A stretch of 64,000 nucleotides of DNA from NCBI RefSeq assembly GCF_001194135.2, contig NC_068987.1, forward strand, positions 1,338,631-1,402,630. Reading direction: 5' to 3'. The translations under genes were made by a program, and so were the position numbers. The notes beneath the pieces were generated by a model, which saw only the letters and a list, made by a program, of their open reading frames with translations, made no database searches and was not told the origin of the DNA. The stretch is from Octopus bimaculoides (Eukaryota). Positions 38,991 through 52,982 of the stretch are shown one piece after another (positions within the stretch are counted from its first letter, which is position 1; each line of letters begins with the position of its first letter).

Positions 38991-39300
38991 GTACATTATT
39001 TTCATTTGACGGATATTTGTCCTCATCTTGTTTGTTTTTAACACAACATTTCGGCTGATATACCCATCAGCCTTCATCAGGTGTCTTGGGGAAATTTCGA
39101 ATCCGGGTTCTCATTCCTAGAGTATTTTTCAATGTTTTTGTTGTTATTATTATTATTATTCAGGTCACTGTCTGGAATCGAACTTGGAATTTTGGGGTTA
39201 GTAGCCCACGCTCTTAACCACTACGCCATATGCTCGTGGACAAATATCCGTCAAATGTAAATAATGTACGTAATTCCTCATCTCTTAAATATAGAACTGT
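38991..39300 (-). mobile_element. tRNA-headed SINE carrying a hammerhead ribozyme, with an inverted copy of its tail at the 5' end
   Basis: A box TGGCGTAGTGG (39228-39218), B box GTTCGATTCC (39183-39174), (AAT)n linker, hammerhead motif, and inverted repeats 38991-39022 / 39238-39269 (31/32 identical). Confidence 0.8.
39040..39087 (-). ncRNA. Minimal type I hammerhead ribozyme
   Basis: Minus: aaGACAC-CTGATGA-a-GGCTGAT-gggtat-ATCAGCC-GAAAT-GTT-GTGTT. Helix I GACAC/GTGTT, 7-bp helix II, loopless helix III. AATGTT is one CpG-type change from the palindrome AACGTT. Confidence 0.8.
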
Positions 39301-40572
39301 AATATGTTGTAATTTAACTCTATGTCGTACGCCATTAGTCACGAAGCTTTCTTTAAATCTCGTTGCTTATTTTGGGCTGGATTTTTGTTGTCCCATCTCG
39401 ATGGCTTGTTGGTACCACATGTGTCCAACAGTTCGGTCTGCAGCTTTGATCGTAAGCCCAATGTACTTGTTCCAGCGTTTGTCGAAAATATTTTTGACCA
39501 ATGAGTCACGTGTATCGCGGGGATTTTTGTTTCGGATGGTGCAACAAGTGAGTCATACACCGAACAATAACGTTCGCTGCCTTTTATGTTCTCTGTCTGA
39601 TATTCGACATATTTTTGCAAACATGGCTTTAAAGGGTGAGCGTAAGACTGTGGTGAATGAAACACATAACCACTATTTCTAATTCAATATCTAACTCTCA
39701 TTTGGGAAGCTATATCGATGAAATGCTAGAAATTAAGCTATTTACGTTAGTTAATGTGTCACATAGGCTAAGGTTTAGAAATAGCAGTTGAATATACCCC
39801 AGACAGATCTGAAAACGAAGGGTATATTAAAAGAATGTGGTGCTAGATATACAAAATAACTGGAAGATCCATTGGAGATTCATTGATCATTAATACGCAT
39901 CATCGAGCTTGACTTGCGCTTAAGCAACAACGGAGACCATAATACATCTTCTTTAACATTTGATGGAATGTTATACTTAAGGCTTCAAAAAATAACAAAC
40001 AAATATTCTTCAGAAATACTAACCACCATTGATCTTTTGCCGAATGAGAAAGTGAAATCTATTTATGAATGTCAAGCGCTTGTAAAAGGCAGGTCTCATT
40101 TCAGAAATTGTGTTTATCTTTATGTTTATATTTAAATTTTTCTGTTTAAATGTTTTGGCAGTTTAGCCTTTAACAGCTTCGCATTCAATTTTGCATCTAT
40201 TTCAAATAGAACACACACACATACACACACGAAGGTAGTTCAAAATTTTCCCATCATTTGTACTCTCCTCCTCCATCCTCTCTCAAACAGTCATCTCTCA
40301 CTCTACATTTTTCTCACCCTTAATTTTTCTCTTCTTACGTGTCATTTATTTATTTTTAAAAACCTATTTATACCTCTCCTAGCGATGTTCCCTTCTGCGT
40401 TCCTCTCGGTGGCCGCAAGTCAATTCCACTTCATATACTTACGACACAAACTAATTACTACTTCAAAAACACAATACTATCAGTGACGCACAATATACAC
40501 ATATAAATACACGCATTCATATACATACACATATATATGGATATTCATACTGACTACATTCACACACGCATG

Positions 40573-40635
<63 letters not shown>

Positions 40636-41415
40636 AATTATATATGTATGTAGAGAGAGAAAGAGAAAGAGACTCAGAGTAGTTCCACACATATATTTCT
40701 TTCTCAGTTTCCTTTTCTTTCCTCGTCTTCGTTTCCTGTTCTATCTTCGGCGTTCCACATAACACGCACTCATATATCTCTGTGTTTGAGTCCAAAACAT
40801 ACACACAAGTGCAGGCACACACACATATACACGAACACCATACACACACAGCTACACGTTTACTCACATATATACAAAATATATGTACATACATACAAAT
40901 ATACATATATACACACATACATATATGCTCGTACACATATACGCACATATATAGATATACATATACACACATATATAGATATACATATACACTCACAACC
41001 ACATATATATCTACGTATACAAATATATATATATGTATACATGTGTGTGTGTGTGTGTAGGCACACACACACATGTCAATACGTACATATTACAATCGAT
41101 TTTTGAGCGGTAACTTGCAATTGCCAGTTCTAATTAACAAGCCTGGGCGTCAAATTAGGCCTGAGTCCAGCGATTAATATATGTACTGTTCCCAAATTGA
41201 TCACTTCAACGAGAATGGAATAGAAAATGTCAGGCGAGAAATTAGAAATACGTGCAGTTTTTTTTTTTTTGTCTTTTCCTTTTTCACATACTTCTGGTAT
41301 GTGTGTTCGTCTCGTCTTTTCTGCTACTTTTCTTCATCATTTCCCCTTCATTTTGTCTAGTTTGCTATTTATTACCTTTGCTGCTAGAAAATGTCTATTT
41401 AAAAAAAAAAAAATA

Positions 41416-41459
<44 letters not shown>

Positions 41460-41811
41460 CGCAAAATAGCAGGTAACAACGGTGATATATACTGAGCTGG
41501 AGGATATTTTTCTGGATATTGTATTTGCATATTATATATTGTTGTTTTCATTATATCTTCTTGTGTTACTTTCTCGTTTTTTCTTCTTTTTTTTTTTCAT
41601 AGTTTTTCAATTCTGAATATTTTTTTTGTTTTGTTTTGTTTCTCTTTCTCTTCTGTTTGTCAGGAATTATGTTCTAAATGAAAGATGAAAGTAGTCTCTT
41701 CCTCGCAATTGGTATCGAATAACAATGTGTGCCAACATCTCTCCCTACCCTAATCCATCTCTCTCTCTACACACACTACACAAATAGAAATTCACACTTG
41801 TGTGCACAAAA

Positions 41812-42070
41812 ACAGTGAAATATAGGGGAGCACGCATGACTGGATGGTTTAGAAAATCACTTCGCAATCACGATTTCTGGGTTCGATCCTGTTACGAGTG
41901 ACGTTGAGCAAACAATTGCAACAATATTCTGTAGTTGTTTCGTCTGTCTTTACGTATTCAGTTCAAATTCCGCTAAGGTAGACTTCTCCCTTCATCGTTT
42001 CGGGATCGATAAGTTAAGCAACAGTTGTATATTGGGGTCGATCTAATCGATTCTTCCCCTCCCCCAAAAC
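41812..42070 (+). mobile_element. Degenerate tRNA-SINE head followed by SINE family A 3' part
   Basis: 'gactggatggtttagaaaatc.cttcgcaatcacg.tttctgggttcgatcc' then 'tttcgtctgtctttacgt.ttcagttcaaattccgc...ggggtcgatctaatcga'. Confidence 0.7.
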
Positions 42071-42074
42071 TGCA

Positions 42075-42345
42075 TGTCATTCGTTTCAGCCGACTTGTCA
42101 TCAGGGTTTCGTGTCGCCTGTGAACATTTTGTGTCTTCTGCATAACTTGTGATCGTGGCTGTCTGTGTAGCTGAGAGCATACCTGAGAAGACCGTTATGA
42201 ACAGCAGTGGTCGCAAAACAGAGCCTTGCGGAACACTGCTCACTATTTGCCTACCATTGGAGGTGGCTCCATTGCCTACTACCACCTCACTTCTATCCTT
42301 CAGAAAGTCATGAAGCCATTCTCCCAGATTTCCGACTATGCCGAG
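42075..42345 (-). mobile_element. CR1/L2-group LINE reverse transcriptase fragment
   Basis: HDFLKDRSEVVVGNGATSNGRQIVSSVPQGSVLRPLLFITV...ITSYAEDTK, matching the SGVPQGSVLGPLLF and YADDTK RT motifs. Confidence 0.85.
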
Positions 42346-42364
42346 TTATTCAGTTTGTGACATA

Positions 42365-42464
<100 letters not shown>

Positions 42465-42873
42465 GTGCTCTTTAGCCTTAGGTCATCAGGTCAGTCCTGA
42501 TGGATTACACCTATTATCAAACCAGCGGGAATCATCGTAATTTTGTTGTGATTAAGTCACATGAAGAAACATTATTTCAAATATTTCCATCTATTATTTT
42601 AAAAGCTGGAAACGTGCCATTTAATAGGCATTTCGTAGTTATTTCTCGCACTTCTACTGACCCTGTAGAAGCTATACTTAACTGTGAAGTTATTCACGTA
42701 TAATTACCAGAACAGAAGGGAAAATTTGCTAAACTATGCTACTCTGCGCTCCGAAATTTTAAATGTTATTTTCAACAAAATATGTTTGGGAGATACGGTT
42801 GTTATTTTTAGCATGCCCAGTGACCAAATATCTGTTCGGTAATCAAAAGATCTGGCATTAAATAAGTTAATAT

Positions 42874-43050
42874 ATGGCGGCGAGCTGGCAGAAACGGTAG
42901 TACGCCGGGCGAAATGCTTAGCGGTATTTCGTCTGTTTTTACATTCTGAGTTCAAATTCCGCCGAAGTCGACTTTGCCTTTTATCCTTTCAGGATCGATA
43001 AATCAAGTCCCATTTCGGGCCTTATCCCATCAGTAGAAAAGATTAAATAA
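42874..43050 (+). mobile_element. SINE family A (well preserved)
   Basis: 'atggcggcgagctggcagaaacgg.agtacgccgggcgaaatgcttagcggtatttcgtctg...ttctgagttcaaattccgccgaagtcgactttgcc'. Confidence 0.92.
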
Positions 43051-43565
43051 GTTATTATTATAAGTAGAGAGTACTTTTAGTTAATCCCTGGTTGCATACA
43101 AGCTGTCTTCCATTTTGTATATCAACATTACTGACCGACAGATGTAGGTACGACCATTTCTGTTAAATGGCAGTAGACAACTCACAAGAACATTGAACAC
43201 TTATAACATTTCAATGGCAGTTTTGGAATAGCAAAATTGAATTCTATTAATCTTGGAATATTATCCACTGCAAAATAGTAGTAATGAACGGTTTGGTGAC
43301 ATTGCTATCTTCGCCATCTTGAATTTGCACCATCTTGCACTGTAAATATCTAACAGATATACTTGCGTTTTACGTTTGTTTATACAGGCAAAGTTGACGT
43401 TATATGTTGTAATATGGTTAAAATTAGCGACCAGGAACTTTATTTCAACTGCATTGCTATCAACCATATTATCAAATATCAGCCATATGTGTGGCGGTAT
43501 TATTTTAAATACATTCATATATATATATATTTACATCCATGCATCCATACATATATGTATGGATG

Positions 43566-43641
<76 letters not shown>

Positions 43642-44485
43642 CGTGTGTGTGTGTATGTGTGTGTGTGTGTGTAATATCTTCGCCAATTGTTAAATGATAC
43701 AGTACAAGAGTATATAATTTAAGTCCTAACAGAAAAATGCACAAGTAGTGAGCAGATTACAACATATGGTTTACAAGAAATGTTCAGAAGAGAAAAACAC
43801 AAAGAATCATAAAAAAAGAACACTGAGTTGCCACATGTATGTTTGTTCATATGCGTACATATATATATATATATATACCTACACACATATATACATGTGT
43901 ATGCATATACAGCATAGGCCATATATAGTGTAGAGTATATATATGTGTGTATTGAGTAGGCTCAAAACGTAAAAGTCTTTTCCATCTTTCCCGAACGTTA
44001 AAAGAATAGACCTGCTTGTTCCTACACCTGTCTTCGTCTTTTCTTTTCTGTAAATTTAAACTATATGTATATAGATATATATAATACATACATATATATA
44101 TATAATACATACATATATATATATAATACATACATATTTATATATTTGATCCTTTATATTGAACATTCAATATTTCATCTACATTCAATACTTTCTTTCA
44201 TGGTGCCATCCATTTTTATTTTATTTTATTTTATATTATATATTATATATTATATTATATATTGTATATTCCATATTCTATACCCCACATTGGTTCTGCA
44301 GGAATATAAATAAAACATAAAAAACAGACAGTGTTGGAACNNNNNNNNNNNNNNNNNNNNNNATATATACACCCATACATACACGGGCACAATTTTTGTT
44401 CTCTTTTGAAACCTGATGATATCGTGTTTTCGTAACTGGAAACATCGCAAACAAGAGTATGAGTTACTCCAGCGAAGGTACATCA

Positions 44486-44531
<46 letters not shown>

Positions 44532-44755
44532 GAGAACTGGTGCCAAATGCTGAATGACGTGCGTAATAAATACGGAATTATCAAACATTTATATCACTTA
44601 AACGGTAAACTGACGACCAGCAGTAATTGCTACTGGAGTTGAGTGAGAAAAGGAGATGATTTCCAGTATGTAATGGCCATACTGGAGGAAAGTGAACACA
44701 TGCATATAATGCATGTATTCATACATACACGTACGTACGTACGCACACACACACG

Positions 44756-44787
<32 letters not shown>

Positions 44788-47207
44788 GAGAGAAAGAGAA
44801 ATATATAGATATAAACATACATACACATTTTTATACGTACACTTGCATACGCACATAGGAAGTGATTGACATATTCATATACGAATGCGTGTGACTGAGA
44901 GAGAGAGAGAGAGGGGGAGAGAGAAAGAGAGAGAGAGAAAGAGAAAAGAAGAGAAAGAGAGTGTGCTTTTGTGTGTGTCTATTGTGCGACTGTCCCTTTT
45001 TTAAATTCGAAGTGTAGGCAACCTTTAACTACGAGAGCAATCCCGTAGCAACTAAAATCTGAAGTAGATCACAACAAGACGGAGAAACATAAGCCATTAC
45101 TCAACATCATTTAGATATAATTCATCTATTCCCTTCAGTTCCGGAATATTGCAGTTTTGATCAGGAAAATTAGGAAAAATAGTATTAAAGCTAAAAGACT
45201 GCAAAATCTCTGCGAATGTCATTAGTTTTGTGGGAGAACAGGTTTGCAGCACATTTTGTTTATCGATGAGTTACATGGAAGTGGAAAAAGGGCTAAAAGT
45301 TATTTAAATTTCAAATGTGATTAACAGTCAGTATTATTGATTATGATGGGAGAATATTTTCAAACGTAATTTTATTTAATTTTTTTTTATAGAATTCCAT
45401 TGTTTAAAATTCACATCTTAAGAAAATTAATCGAATTTTTAGTTTTAATGCATCGCAAGTCGGCAAATTTTAAAGCATGTATTATAAAAATAGAAGACTC
45501 TTGTATAAGGGAACAGAATAAAAGGAAATTGGTTCACTGAAGAATTAATCTAACAGCATTCCTGATTATTGCTTCGTTACACAAAGACTAGGTTAAAAAT
45601 ATATTTGAGTATAACTATATGTAGAACGTGGAATCGATCATCTACAATATGCGACAAACATGGAATAATCTCCCTTGAGCTACGAAGGGACTCGCTATTA
45701 ATATTCTCAATCACTTTAAATTTACCTCCTACAAAATTGTTGCAGCAATTTTTAACAACTTTCAAAGAAAACGACAAAATAATTCTAAGTAAGAACGGGT
45801 TAATTTCACAGAAAATTTAATCACCATATCTTTGGACAGGTCTCTCAGTTTAATATTCTGATTCTATACGTACTTACCCATACATAATAAACACGTATGT
45901 TTTTGATTCAAGAACTAAAATGAATAGTGGTAGATAAATGTTGTCTCGATTTTGTCATTTGTGTAAATCTGTTGATTCATTCCTTTGCGACTCACGTTTT
46001 CGTTGTTTTCGATCTTATCGACGACGGCACAAATGTTGACGCCTGAAGACATCAATCGAACCTTGAGTACAAACTAATCGGCGTACAAGGGCTGTGCAAA
46101 CAAATACATAAGAAGTTTGGCCACTTGATGAACCCAACACATTTCGATCAATCTAATCTGAGTCATAATACTACTAATTGTTTGATTCACATCAAACATC
46201 TTCTAATGTGATTTCAAGTATATTTAGCTTCTATTTCCTGTAAATCCAACAGCTGCGCACAAGTTCCCGTTTGAAATGTTTTTCACGCCAGAATATAACT
46301 GGTTGAGCAGAAATTCGTTGAAAGGCGTTCCAGCCATGACTTAATAGTATATCTCTAAATTTAAATTTATACTATTCAATAATGTACCCTTCCTATTTTA
46401 TGGTATTAGTACGCGATCTTGGAGATTTTGACTGTCATTTCTAGCAGGATCAACGATAATGTAGAGACGTATTTTGGAATATTGTCAGAAATGCAACGTT
46501 GCAATTACTGTTGCATTGTTGTGTTATTCTTTCCCTTGCTCTGGATGGGAAGGAAACCGCTACCACCACCACCGCCAAAGTTCTGGAATCCTCTGCCACT
46601 GACACCACAATAGATATACTGAAATTAGTGTCTGTTCTGAAAGTAGAAAGGAAACAAATAGCGATTACCAATCGGCCATAACTCCACACAAGTATATATG
46701 CCTGTTACAGTTATATATGTCTCAATAATAATAATAATAATATATAATGATGATGATGATAATGGTTGTGATTAGACGATTCGTGGACCACAATGCTTGC
46801 AAAGCAATGGACTGTGTTCAAGTTATCCAAATTCCAAGTGATGGTATTAAACTCTGATAAACACTCAAGTCTACAACCCAATGATTATTGCTAAGATAAA
46901 AATTGCAATGGATTTGAGGGAGTCTAGATTCCACTAGATGACCTAAATATTTGATTGGATCTGATTTTAAAGGGTCGCAGAAAATTAATGATAGAATCGG
47001 CTGGGATTCAACGCAAAATGCAAAGTGACAAGTAAATGCAAGACATACTGATCGTTCCACCAATGATTTTTTTTCTTAGTCTTCACTGTGTCCATAAACA
47101 AAAGACTAATCACTAACAGACAGGATTTACAGACCTTGTGATCAATCCCCGATACTCTACCGATCGATTGACTCATGCCATTGTCGTTGTAATATGTGAC
47201 ACTATTA

Positions 47208-47425
47208 AGATGGCGAGCTGGCAGAGTCGCTTGCACGTTAGGCGAATTGCTTAGCGGTATTTCGTCTTTGTTTACGTTCTGAGTTCAAATTCCGCTGAGG
47301 TTGACTTAGCTTTTCATCCTTTTGGGGTCGATAAATTAATTACCAGTTCCGAACTGCGGTTGATCTAATCGACTGACCCCCTCCCAAAACATTTCGGGCC
47401 TTGTGCCTAACAGGAAAAAATATTA
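47208..47425 (+). mobile_element. SINE family A, full length
   Basis: Head 'agatggcgagctggcagag', B box 'gagttcaaattcc', tail 'ttgatctaatcgactgaccccctccc...ttcgggccttgtgcct'. Confidence 0.92.
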
Positions 47426-49019
47426 TTGCTCATGCTTTGCCCTCGATCGATTTCGATCCATCTACCTTATGGCCCAATGTACCGTATTTTAGTCATGGCG
47501 TATGTGTTTACAGGGGTTTGTAATTCTATATTGTCTTATGCATCTTTTCATTATTGAAGACAGTATATGAAGGTGTTGCAGTTGTACTTTCTATTAAATA
47601 TGAGTACCCACTGATATGTAACCCCTGTCACATATATAAGTGAATATAAATATATTATACAAAGAAATTCTTTTTTCAATAATGTCATTCTTTAAAATTA
47701 TCTAATAGCAATGGCTATGTTATATAAAATTGCTTGCTTAATAACATGGTAAATAGATTTGGGGATATATTTTAATGAAAAATCATCAAATTTATTTTGA
47801 AACACCAAATATTCCCGTTTTGACAGATTCGGAAACAGAATCACTAAAGTCGCTTCTAGCAGATGGTTACTTCCCGGAAAATTTGATATGGTAATAAAAT
47901 CCATTCGTTAACGTTGCTGACAAGAGTGAAGTGGGCTTCACAGAGGCTGACATTTTGTGACAGCCTCAGATTGGTACATTAATTTATTTATGAATTTATT
48001 TAGTTATTCTAATCCCTTTTGATTAGCTGAATAGTAGCTAATTACTATTCTGCCAGTTCGCTCATATTTTTCTCTCACCAGTATATATATTTATATGTAT
48101 CTGAATGTCTGTGTGTACGTGTCCTACTAAATGAGTAATGTTTTCACAAAATGTCAAATCTCTATCAGGGTTTAAAACATTCTTTACATTTGTCAACAAT
48201 ATTAATGAATTCATTTTTACACGATAAACATATTTGCGGCGTTCCATATGAATTTTATACGTACATACTTAGATATGTGTGTGAGTTTGTACATGTACGT
48301 GCAGTGTGCTAATGTGTGCGCGTGTATCTGTAAATGCATATAGATAACGGCATATATGGAAATAGGTATGTAGGTCGATAAGCAGGCCGGCGGGCAGACA
48401 GACAGATGGATAAATATTTACGTACACATTCCCTCATGCACCATTCACTGTAGCACAGTCCACAGTGCATTATCGAATAATATAAAGGCTCTTCAGTAAT
48501 CAAATGAAATATTTGTGAAGCCACACAAATGGTTGTGAATAAACACACCAAAAAAGGGAGTATGTGAAGTGATTACGGCCACAATAACCTTTGTTGAAAC
48601 AGCCTCTGCAGCGATCACAACTGTACTAATCGTTTATATATATTTCTTGATTAAGCTAATCAATTGTATAGCTACAAAGGAATTGTTTAAAAATTCAGTC
48701 ATTCAACAAGATCTTTTGCATCGATTAAAAATCACAAACCAATATTTGTTGATAATTGTACAGTTAGAGAGATCAGGTCACTGAAAACTGATCTTAAATC
48801 ATATTTGATGATATTTATAACAGTGTTCAGTACAATACAGCATAGTCAATTCGAACGAACAGCACAGCTGTTATAAATTTGGCTACATCTATGCAAGAAG
48901 ATCAAGAAACTGGTACTCAATTTGAGACGATAGACTCTTACGCCTCTATTTCTAAATCTCTGTTAATAAGGAAGTTACGTATCTCCAGATCCCTTAAGAC
49001 AATCACCGATACAGACATA

Positions 49020-49260
49020 TATGTGGTCTGATCAAAAAGCATCGGCTCTGATACTCTAAACAGATATTACAACACATATAAATTTGACATTTACTTCCCT
49101 TCGAAGCAGTCCTTTCTGGAGCCACACACTTTATTCATGGAAGCATTTTTGGAACTCTGTTTTTTTCCCCAGGATACTCACGTCACATCACTTTCAAAAG
49201 GGATTTGATTTTTGAAAAGAAGTTTCAAGGGTGAGATCTGGGGAATATGGTAGTTGTCGG
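49020..49260 (-). mobile_element. Mariner fragment (one TIR plus adjacent transposase 3' remnant)
   Basis: 'tatgtggtctgatcaaaaagcatcgg' resembles the TIR of the 22.1-kb element. It is followed by 'cccttcgaagcagtcc...cacacttattc..ggaagcatttttggaactc'. Confidence 0.6.
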
Positions 49261-49426
49261 CGCTGGGGAAAGCTAGATTGTTAAATAGATAGCTAGTTAG
49301 ATAGAGAGATAGATAAATAGATGCAGACAGAAAAATAGAGAGATAGATAGATAGACAAACAGATAGACAGACAGATAGATAGACAGATAGAGAGATAAAT
49401 AGATACAGAGAGACAGACAGACAGAC

Positions 49427-49457
<31 letters not shown>

Positions 49458-50186
49458 CAGACGTAAGCATGTATCCAGTGGCAGCGACTAGAACATTTTA
49501 CTGTCTATATAATACGAAGAATATAGCCGAACAATAAGAAATTAGCAGGACGTCTGTAGAAGTATGGAAGATATAATATATTGTAGATAAGAGTTAGGTA
49601 GCGATGTTTTTGGTTTATCAATAGATTTAGCAAATTGAGATAATCTCTAGCATTACTAAGTTGATGAAACGAAAACCAAATCATAAATATAGCAGCGTGG
49701 TGATATTAAATTGATAAATTTGCATCGTAAAATGTGCTTCATTTAGTCGCATAGCTGCTATTACATAATGTTATATGTAATATATTATGATTACATATTA
49801 GTATATACACATGGGCAGATTAATACGAACTATAAACCTCAGAAGATCAGTGCTTGTATTTATTTGTTGGTGTCATTGTTCGTATGTACCGCCTCACCGT
49901 TTCTCTCTCTCTCTCTCTGTCTCGCTGTCTCTCTATCTCCGTCTCTTTCTCCTTTGCTATATACGCATACATAAATAAGAATATATATATACATACACAC
50001 ACATGCATAGATATATGTATATACATGTTTATGTATATAATTCTATACATATATGCGTGTATGTGTGTGTGTTATGTGTATGTATGTCTGTATGCATGTA
50101 TGTATGTATCAGCGCATTCTGTATACATGCAAAGCGAACTGTCTCGCTTAATCTGACTCACTTTATATGAATGTGTATATTTATAT

Positions 50187-50217
<31 letters not shown>

Positions 50218-51042
50218 NNNNNNNNNNNNNNNNNNNNNNNNNNNNNNNNNNNNNNNNNNNNNNNNNNNNNNNNNNNNNNNNNNNNNNNNNNNNNNNNNNN
50301 NNNNNNNNNNNNNNNNNNNNNNNNNNNNNNNNNNNNNNNNNNNNNNNNNNNNNNNNNNNNNNNNNNNNNNNNNNNNNNNNNNNNNNNNNNNNNNNNNNNN
50401 NNNNNNNNNNNNNNNNNNNNNNNNNNNNNNNNNNNNNNNNNNNNNNNNNNNNNNNNNNNNNNNNNNNNNNNNNNNNNNNNNNNNNNNNNNNNNNNNNNNN
50501 NNNNNNNNNNNNNNNNNNNNNNNNNNNNNNNNNNNNNNNNNNNNNNNNNNNNNNNNNNNNNNNNNNNNNNNNNNNNNNNNNNNNNNNNNNNNNNNNNNNN
50601 NNNNNNNNNNNNNNNNNNNNNNNNNNNNNNNNNNNNNNNNNNNNNNNNNNNNNNNNNNNNNNNNNNNNNNNNNNNNNNNNNNNNNNNNNNNNNNNNNNNN
50701 NNNNNNNNNNNNNNNNNNNNNNNNNNNNNNNNNNNNNNNNNNNNNNNNNNNNNNNNNNNNNNNNNNNNNNNNNNNNNNNNNNNNNNNNNNNNNNNNNNNN
50801 NNNNNCATTATCGATATTAAAATATACCAATATAGGTAAGATTACGAAGAAAGAAACGAGAAAAATTAAAAATTAAAAACAAGCCAAAAAATGTACAAAA
50901 GACGACGAGAAAAACAACAATTTTAAGTTTTATCCGAAAATTTTCAAATCTCTTAACTTGCTTGAAATGATTAAACTAGAATTAATATTTGTACTTTTTT
51001 AAAATTTTGTTTGTAGTTTAATTCTATTATTATTATTATGAC

Positions 51043-51097
<55 letters not shown>

Positions 51098-51250
51098 CGC
51101 AGCAGCAGCAGCAGCTGTATAATTTAAAAAAAAATTATGGTTATTATTTTATTCTATTTTACAAAATATCGCCAAATATCAGAATTAGATACAATGTGAT
51201 CGAGTCATCGATGTTTATTAATATACGTAACGCGTACAGCTTACAAGTGT

Positions 51251-51309
<59 letters not shown>

Positions 51310-51451
51310 NNNNNNNNNNNNNNNNNNNNNNNNNNNNNNNNNNNNNNNNNNNNNNNNNNNNNNNNNNNNNNNNNNNNNNNNNNNNNNNNNNAAGAGTTGA
51401 GGAGAAATAAATACTTATAGACAGGTGCGTCTGTACGTAGTCATGTGCGTG

Positions 51452-51482
<31 letters not shown>

Positions 51483-52275
51483 ATTTATGAATCAATAACT
51501 ATTTAGAAAACTGAATTTGGATAAAGAGTGAAAGATTTCGACATAGCTGGGTATAGCAATTATTCAAGTGCGGGTCATCACTGATTTCCATTAAGAATGG
51601 GATCCTACTTTTTTAGGAGAACAACTCCAACATTTCATAGGTTTGTCTAAATAACAAATGCGTTATTCTTGATATAACGACACTATGAAATCCCGTCCGA
51701 AAATTCACAGAGTAGCTTTCTTGAGCGTATCTCATTCTATGAGCTGAGTGCGAATGTAGAAATGCAATCAGATATCTCTATATTGGTCCACCTCATCCAT
51801 TAGATGTGCATTTCATCTTGGTTATAAACGCCTTGGCATCCAATTAATAAACTACGGCATGGTGAGCAAACATTAGATTTCGATTCCCGAGAAAACAGAA
51901 TTCTAACATTTTTTTCTTATTAAGTCTACGGTAACGGCGTGGATGTGACTAACGTTAAGAATACGTGGAAGAATAAAGAGTAATTCAATACCTACACACA
52001 ATCATATACATGCATAAATTCATTCTTAAACATACTCACGCACAGGCACACATACACACATAAATACACACATATACACACACACGTATATGTATGTATG
52101 CATATGTGAGTGCGTGAGTTGTGTATGTATCTGTATATAAACTGAGAACAATAATAAGTCTGAAGTGAAAAATAAATATACAGTGCGTGTGTATATGACC
52201 ACCCCGAAATATAACAATGTGTATAATAAACGAGTTTGAAAGCAGAGAGATCTAATGGATGCAAATTAGTTTAAA

Positions 52276-52563
52276 TTAATTAACATATTCACCTACAATT
52301 GTTTCATTTCTTAACCAAAATTAAAACTACAAAACATACATAAATATATAATTTGGCATTTCAAAATACCTTGGATGGAAAATCATCTGCGTGCACAAAG
52401 GCCAATCTAAGGATTACGTTATGATCTGTTGGAATATTCAGAATATATATTCTGACGATTTTCTATCCATACTATTTAAAAATGCAAAATGTATTTATAG
52501 ATGTTTTGTAGTTTTAATTTTATCTGAGAAATGAAACAATTGGAGGTGATTTTGTTGCTTAAT
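52276..52563. mobile_element. AT-rich foldback/MITE-like element, about 110-bp imperfect arms
   Basis: 'tcacctacaattgtttcatttct...aaaattaaaactacaaaacat...gcatttcaaaatacc.tggatggaaaatcatc' pairs with 'gacgattttctatccat.ctatttaaaaatgc...atgttttgtagttttaatttt...agaaatgaaacaattggaggtga'. Confidence 0.8.
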
Positions 52564-52928
52564 AAAATTAATTTGTAACCATTAGATCACTCTGTTTTCA
52601 AATTCGATAATAATACTTAACATTTTACTATATTTTATATATTCATTAAAAAATATCTCTTCAAAATACAATATATTAAACCAGTGTATATTGGATAAAA
52701 ATATCTCTATAAGAGGTTTAAACATCCTCATTGTGACTTTATATATATATATACTTATCGAAGATCCCTGAGAGATTGGCACCAAACTTTGACATCGAGA
52801 GCTATACCAGGCCGCTAAGTGGACGTCACTGCAGTGTTCCAAAAGTTCCAGGCATCCCGTTTGGGGTTAGGACCATGTAGTAAAATACACACGCCCACAC
52901 ACACACACGCACAAACAAACATACATAC

Positions 52929-52982
<54 letters not shown>

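Noticed and set aside
39160-39232. tRNA gene
   Set aside because: A and B boxes are present, but there is no complete acceptor stem and it is embedded in a SINE body. The same applies to the other SINE heads.
42070-42110. Minus-strand CTGATGA-caagtcggct-GAAAC hammerhead-like string
   Set aside because: Helix II is poor, there is no matching helix I, and it lies at the end of the CR1 RT fragment, so it is likely chance.
46499-46681. Signal-peptide-like short ORF (LQLLLHCCVILSLALDGKETATTTT)
   Set aside because: It starts at TTG, has no splice or homology support, and includes an (ACC)n microsatellite.
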